Both the position numbers and the translations under genes were made by a program. DNA of 44,419 nt from Aquificaceae bacterium (GTDB lineage Bacteria; Aquificota; Aquificia; Aquificales; Aquificaceae), in assembly GCA_041640635.1 (NCBI GenBank), contig JBEPZX010000010.1, positions 1 to 44,419 on the forward strand, read 5' to 3'. Below the pieces are notes generated by a model. The model saw only the letters and a list, made by a program, of their open reading frames with translations, searched no databases and was not told where the DNA came from. Positions 40,361 to 44,419 of this stretch are shown here, one piece after another; the stretch's first letter is position 1; each line of letters begins with the position of its first letter.

Positions 40361-41680
40361 TTAGGTGTAGTTTCTAATTACGATTATCAAGCCAGTACCT
40401 ATAAACACAATTGCCCATATGACTACAACAAGTACGGAAAGTTCTCCAAGGTGGAATTCCCATTCCTTTGCCTGGTAGACTTGCCCTTTTTCCGTTTTAC
40501 CAGCTCTGTATGCCATCCACCACGCATACGCGTAAAGTACCAAACCACCCAGCGTTGTACCCACAAATAGCAAAGGAGACAACCACTCCAGGTTTACCTT
40601 GTAGTCATAAATGGAGTATCCAAACTGACCAGCAGCTGCCATTCTTATGTATTCTCTGAATATCGCTATGAGAATTATAACAACACCACCGATGAGTAGT
40701 GATGGCACCGCCATAGCTTTTGGGTTCTTCTGAGCTGTGACCAAGAAAGCAGCGCATACCAAAAGACCCGCTATGCTTAGGAAAGCTGGAATGCTAGTTT
40801 TTACTCCCCACTGAGCGGGTGTGGTGAAAACATACAGAACGTAGGTTACTATCCAAGGAACACCGGCTACTAAAGCAAGCTTTGCTCCTACTTTGGCAGT
40901 CCAGTCCAGATAGTTTTGATCCATATCCTTTCTACCGCTGAAGTACCATCCATACAGCATCATGAAAATACCTGTTACCGAAGCTGCTGGGAATACTAAA
41001 AAGGATAAAAACCTGAAAATATTGAAGGCATATATGTTCCAACCGCTGTGGTTCATTGTGGTACCACCGGATGTGTACCACTCGACCCACTTCTCTGGAT
41101 ACAAGGACTGGTAGTTTACAACATGGATTATAAAGCCTACCACCAGAAGGAATATGACACCTAAGATAGAAAACACGGTAGCCGCGGATGGTTTACCTTT
41201 CATAAAGTAGGCACCCCATATCATGTAGTAGCCTACCAGTAGTAGTACGATAAACATTATGTACCAAGCGGCTGATAAGTTAGCAGAAGAATACCAAAGT
41301 GGGTCATATATCACCTGGTAGAAAAGGAGCGGAGCTACACCCAAGACTATGGCTAAAGATACACTGACCTTTGCCAGTTCCAAAGTAGCCTTTGCAAGCC
41401 TTTGCCAGTTCTCATCTTTGCGGGTAAAGCCGTATATAGCTACAAAAAGTCCACCTACTGATGTGTATACAAATAGGATATGTAGAGCCCATGTGAGCAC
41501 TTGGAGTATTTGCATAACTACGGGGAAGAAGGGAGAACCAGCAGGGTCAGCCATAGATTTTAGCATCTGCCCTATGGCTTGCTTGTCTGCGGCAAGCGCT
41601 AACTTTCCACCGATTAACAAAAGAGCCAAAATACCTACCAAAAACCATCTCACTATGCTTTGATACATTACCATACTCAT
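40361..41680 (-). CDS. Polytopic membrane protein, divergent CydA-like subunit
   Basis: About 10 TM segments; WALHILFV, GVAPLLFYQVIY and FREYIR. GGAGG SD supports ATG 41680, overlapping the upstream stop. Confidence 0.7.
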   Translation of the reverse strand: MSMVMYQSIVRWFLVGILALLLIGGKLALAADKQAIGQMLKSMADPAGSPFFPVVMQILQVLTWALHILFVYTSVGGLFVAIYGFTRKDENWQRLAKATLELAKVSVSLAIVLGVAPLLFYQVIYDPLWYSSANLSAAWYIMFIVLLLVGYYMIWGAYFMKGKPSAATVFSILGVIFLLVVGFIIHVVNYQSLYPEKWVEWYTSGGTTMNHSGWNIYAFNIFRFLSFLVFPAASVTGIFMMLYGWYFSGRKDMDQNYLDWTAKVGAKLALVAGVPWIVTYVLYVFTTPAQWGVKTSIPAFLSIAGLLVCAAFLVTAQKNPKAMAVPSLLIGGVVIILIAIFREYIRMAAAGQFGYSIYDYKVNLEWLSPLLFVGTTLGGLVLYAYAWWMAYRAGKTEKGQVYQAKEWEFHLGELSVLVVVIWAIVFIGTGLIIVIRNYT

Positions 41681-43092
41681 CACTTTACCTCCTTAGCTAC
41701 AGACTCTTTGGGCACTTCTATCTTTGCAGAAACACTACCACCTTTTGAAATCATGTCAGCTATGTAAGCGGCAAGAGCTCTGAGTTCTTGATCCGTTCCA
41801 ACGAATCTTGGCATGTAGTGTGGCGGGTTATCCCTGTTGTAACTAGCTAAGAAGTTGTAAACTGTGTTGGCGTCCGCCATACCTTCAAACTTCTTACCAA
41901 AAGGTCTTAGTCCTGTGGAACCTGTTACGTTGTGACAACCGGAGCACTGCAATACAGCCACAGCTTTTCCAGCCATAATCATGTTCTGGTCGTTTATGTT
42001 CTTTAGACCTTCTGGAACGAACGCGCTGAGCTTCAAAAGTCCCTTTTCATTTATGGCAGGAACTTCAGATTTTATACCTTTTGCGGGGACGTCTCTAGCG
42101 ATTATTTGATTGACCCATACAAACTCTCCAGCTACGTAAGGTTTCCTTAAAGTTTCCCTTATCTTTTCCTCTGGGTATACTCCCATAAAGAATATGAGAA
42201 CGTATATGGGATACGCTACATAGTGTCTTGCAAGATTGGGGTTTATAGCGGTTAATACGAAGTGAGTAAGTACTAAGAGCACTATAAGTGCTATCAATGC
42301 ATACATCCAAGTAGGAACAACTCCGGACAGTATAACGTGAGACCTTTCAGGTAAAGTGGAGTAGTACCACGCAAAGAACATAAGACCAAACACTACACCA
42401 CCTATACCCCAGTAGGACATAACTCTAACGATTTCTTTTCTTATGTTTTCTTGAATTTTGCCTTTTATTAAAGAGGCTATTACGATACCTATGGTACCGG
42501 CTATGGCAAACATGAAGCTACTACGCATTAAGAGGTGTGGGAAGTAGTTCTTGTTGTAAAATGCATCAAGTATGTTGCCCGTGGTGAACCATTTTTCGTG
42601 TCCGGGTGATAGCATAAAGGATAGGATACCTACTATGATGTACATGGTTGCCCAAGAACCTACGGCGAAGGTCCAGGAAAGTCTCAACCAGCTTTTCTCA
42701 TCTATTTTGCCTAAGGTGTAGAAGAGTATATAAACCAGTGTAACTTCAGCTACAAACCATATCCACTCTGCAGCCCAAACCCAAACGAAGTTATGAATGA
42801 GTGCCGATATACCTCTTGGGTTTGCAACGGTAGCCGAAAACCATATCCCGGGACCGGTTATGGATCCAGAGACGTAAGAGAATACCAGTAGTGATAGCAG
42901 GTACTTTTTGATGTAGTCGTATATCTGCTTCTCTCCTGTCTTGTAGGCTTTTGTGGCAAGGTAAGCAAGCAAAATAGAAGCACCAACCGACGTATGGGAA
43001 GCCATAACGTGGATGCTAGCTATGATGGCGATTACTGTGGCACTACCTATTGTAGGCACGTACCACATAGGGTACAGACCCAGCACATCCAT
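41680..43092 (-). CDS. Cytochrome bd oxidase subunit I-like protein with a C-terminal cytochrome c domain
   Basis: HVMASH, GSITGPGIWF, WAAEWIWFVAE, IRETLRKPY and CSGCH...YMPRFVG; AGGAGG SD. Confidence 0.8.
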   Translation of the reverse strand: MDVLGLYPMWYVPTIGSATVIAIIASIHVMASHTSVGASILLAYLATKAYKTGEKQIYDYIKKYLLSLLVFSYVSGSITGPGIWFSATVANPRGISALIHNFVWVWAAEWIWFVAEVTLVYILFYTLGKIDEKSWLRLSWTFAVGSWATMYIIVGILSFMLSPGHEKWFTTGNILDAFYNKNYFPHLLMRSSFMFAIAGTIGIVIASLIKGKIQENIRKEIVRVMSYWGIGGVVFGLMFFAWYYSTLPERSHVILSGVVPTWMYALIALIVLLVLTHFVLTAINPNLARHYVAYPIYVLIFFMGVYPEEKIRETLRKPYVAGEFVWVNQIIARDVPAKGIKSEVPAINEKGLLKLSAFVPEGLKNINDQNMIMAGKAVAVLQCSGCHNVTGSTGLRPFGKKFEGMADANTVYNFLASYNRDNPPHYMPRFVGTDQELRALAAYIADMISKGGSVSAKIEVPKESVAKEVK

Positions 43093-43151
43093 GATGACAC
43101 CTCCTTGTTAAATGATTGTTAATCTTAACGCAAACATAACATAAATATAAC

Positions 43152-43165
43152 GTGATATTAATCAT
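43152..43165. promoter_or_regulatory. FNR/Crp-family-like palindrome upstream of the CydA-like operon
   Basis: GTGAT-ATTA-ATCAT versus consensus TTGAT-N4-ATCAA, about 60 nt upstream of the ATG at 43092. Confidence 0.45.
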
Positions 43166-43212
43166 ATGTCAAGCTGGTTTTCGTGTCTGCTCCACATACC
43201 TTCTGGTTTAAC

Positions 43213-43397
43213 GTCTTTTTTTTGCAAGAAGTCTCTGGTTTCTATAAGCTGGAAATGAATTGCAGTTGACAAGTGTTTAGTTTCGGTATATAATAGCCTT
43301 ACTGACGTAGGGCTGGGACAGTCCGAAGTTACGCCTGCGGAGAGTGCAAAAAGCACTCGTTGAAGCAGGAAGCCTCCACAGGTGGATGGTAGTTCAC
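43213..43397 (+). mobile_element. Non-autonomous IS200/IS605-family mini-element with no tnpA or tnpB
   Basis: Left-end-like CAAGAAG-TCTCTGGTTTCTATAAGCTGGA-AATGAATTG (43225-43262) and right-end-like GGAAG-CCTCCACAGGTGGATGG-TAGTTCAC ending at 43397. The left boundary is inferred. Confidence 0.7.
43266..43294 (+). promoter_or_regulatory. Perfect-consensus sigma70 promoter inside the mini-element
   Basis: TTGACA (43266-43271), N17, TATAAT (43289-43294). Confidence 0.85.
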
Positions 43398-43415
43398 AAT
43401 TCCAAGGTATGAAGG
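43301..43415 (+). ncRNA. TnpB omega-RNA (reRNA)-like scaffold plus flanking guide
   Basis: Stems GGGCTG/CAGTCC, CCTGC/GCAGG, GAGTGC/GCACTC and TCCAC/GTGGA; terminal GTTCAC; matches my recollection of tnpB 3'-end RNAs. Both ends are estimates. Confidence 0.7.
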
Positions 43416-43897
43416 TAAAGGTATTAAAAGGGAGCATTTTGGAAGTACAAGCTGATGCTATAGTAAATCCTGCCAACTCGTACGGTTTGATGGGCGGTGG
43501 TGTTGCCGGTGTCATAAAAAGATACGGTGGAGAGGAGATAGAAGAGGAAGCTATTTCAAAGGCTCCCATACCTGTAGGTTCTGCCATACACACAAGCACT
43601 GGAAAGCTAAATTTCAAATACGTTATACACGCACCTACTATGGAAGAGCCCGCCATGCCTACTACTGAGGAAAAAGTGAGAAAAGCGGTAAGAGCTGCAT
43701 TGGAGCTGGCAGACAGTTTGGAGGTAAAGGTTTTAGCTATGCCAGGTATGGGAACAGGTGTAGGGGGGTTGGAAAAAAGCACAGCGGCTAAGTGTATGAT
43801 AGAAGAAATTAAAAACTACGAAGTAAAGAACATCCAAGAAATTATCCTTGTGGACATAGACGATGAAATGGTAAAACAGTGGCAAAGTAACATTTAA
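43409..43897 (+). CDS. Macrodomain (ADP-ribose-binding/hydrolase) protein
   Basis: DAIVNPANS, GGGVAG, VIHAPT and PGMGTGVGG. The GTG at 43382 lies within the RNA element, so ATG 43409 is preferred. Confidence 0.88.
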   Translation: MKVKVLKGSILEVQADAIVNPANSYGLMGGGVAGVIKRYGGEEIEEEAISKAPIPVGSAIHTSTGKLNFKYVIHAPTMEEPAMPTTEEKVRKAVRAALELADSLEVKVLAMPGMGTGVGGLEKSTAAKCMIEEIKNYEVKNIQEIILVDIDDEMVKQWQSNI

Positions 43898-44419
43898 TGA
43901 AACTAATTTTCTCCGGTGGTTTTATAAATCAGGAAGGGCTTTACGAAGCGTCTATCGAAAGCGTGGAGTTTCCCAAATCTTTAGAGGAAGTAAAAGGAGA
44001 TGGCTTTTATGTTTTTTCCTACGACTTAACCAAAGATTTAACAAGTATTGAGATAAAAGAAAGTGGATTTCCAAAGATAGCAAAGCTAAAAATTGCGGAC
44101 ATAAAACCTTACTCTTTTGGGTATAAAGGCGCATACACTCTAAATTTTGCGGAATCTTCCCTTTCAAAAGAGGAGTTCAAGCAAGCAGTAAGGAAAATAA
44201 AACAATACATAGAAAATGGGGTTGTTTATCAGGTAAACCTGACCAACAGGTTCGATTTTGAGTTCTCTGGAGATATTGAAAGTTTCTTTTTAGATTTTTT
44301 CCACAGACAGCCTACGCCTTACGCTTTCTATCTGGAGCTAAAGGAGTTCTGTATCATTTCCGGTTCTATGGAGCTCTTTTTGGAGAAAAAGGGAAACTTA
44401 CTCACCAGCAAACCAATAA
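43897..44419 (+). CDS. pabB: Aminodeoxychorismate synthase component I / chorismate-binding enzyme, 3'-truncated
   Basis: Absent from the ORF track because there is no stop in the window. My translation: MKLIFSGG...IKQYIENGVVYQVNLTNRF...QPTPYAF...SGSMELFL...SKPI; TAATG coupling to the macrodomain gene. Confidence 0.8.
   Translation, partial: MKLIFSGGFINQEGLYEASIESVEFPKSLEEVKGDGFYVFSYDLTKDLTSIEIKESGFPKIAKLKIADIKPYSFGYKGAYTLNFAESSLSKEEFKQAVRKIKQYIENGVVYQVNLTNRFDFEFSGDIESFFLDFFHRQPTPYAFYLELKEFCIISGSMELFLEKKGNLLTSKPI

Noticed and set aside
43301..43397. tRNA or riboswitch interpretation of the structured RNA
   Set aside because: No cloverleaf, TTCGA loop or CCA end, and no riboswitch core I recognise; the IS605-type terminal hairpin plus TCAC explains it better.
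43162..43782. 206-aa minus-strand ORF
   Set aside because: Antisense shadow of the macrodomain gene and the RNA element; no recognisable motifs and no resemblance to TnpA or TnpB.
43952..44167. 71-aa minus-strand ORF
   Set aside because: Antisense to the truncated pabB-like gene on the plus strand.

Overview
A gene-dense, AT-rich bacterial chromosome segment whose proteins look like Aquificae (Hydrogenobacter/Thermocrinis-like; inferred from recalled protein similarity, e.g. the c552-type cytochrome). It is mostly shuffled housekeeping genes: kdsB, rpmI, hisC, rbfA, tmk, alr, secF, glyS, ppsA, pilMNO(P)Q, rpsA, HU/IHF, an ABC exporter, phoU, cimA, ctpA, tsaD, a tatD-radical SAM fusion and pabB. 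The main discoveries are: (1) a ~185-bp non-coding IS200/IS605-family mini-element at ~43213-43397 with no tnpA or tnpB, in which a perfect TTGACA-N17-TATAAT promoter drives a TnpB omega-RNA-like scaffold that ends in TCAC and reads into a macrodomain gene; (2) a 469-aa protein apparently built from two degenerate encapsulated-ferritin-like hairpins and three CsbD/YjbJ-like repeats; (3) a GC-richer pair of CydA-like membrane proteins, one with a fused cytochrome c, behind an FNR/Crp-like box; (4) a lipid-anchored, poly-Gln-tethered cytochrome c552 upstream of a CC-star/ArsA module that lacks cstA; (5) an archaeal-type Hel308/Ski2 helicase; (6) a frameshift-like split of a CoA-activase protein. 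No rRNA, tRNA or CRISPR array was recognised. All family calls come from motif recognition by eye; no database searches were run.
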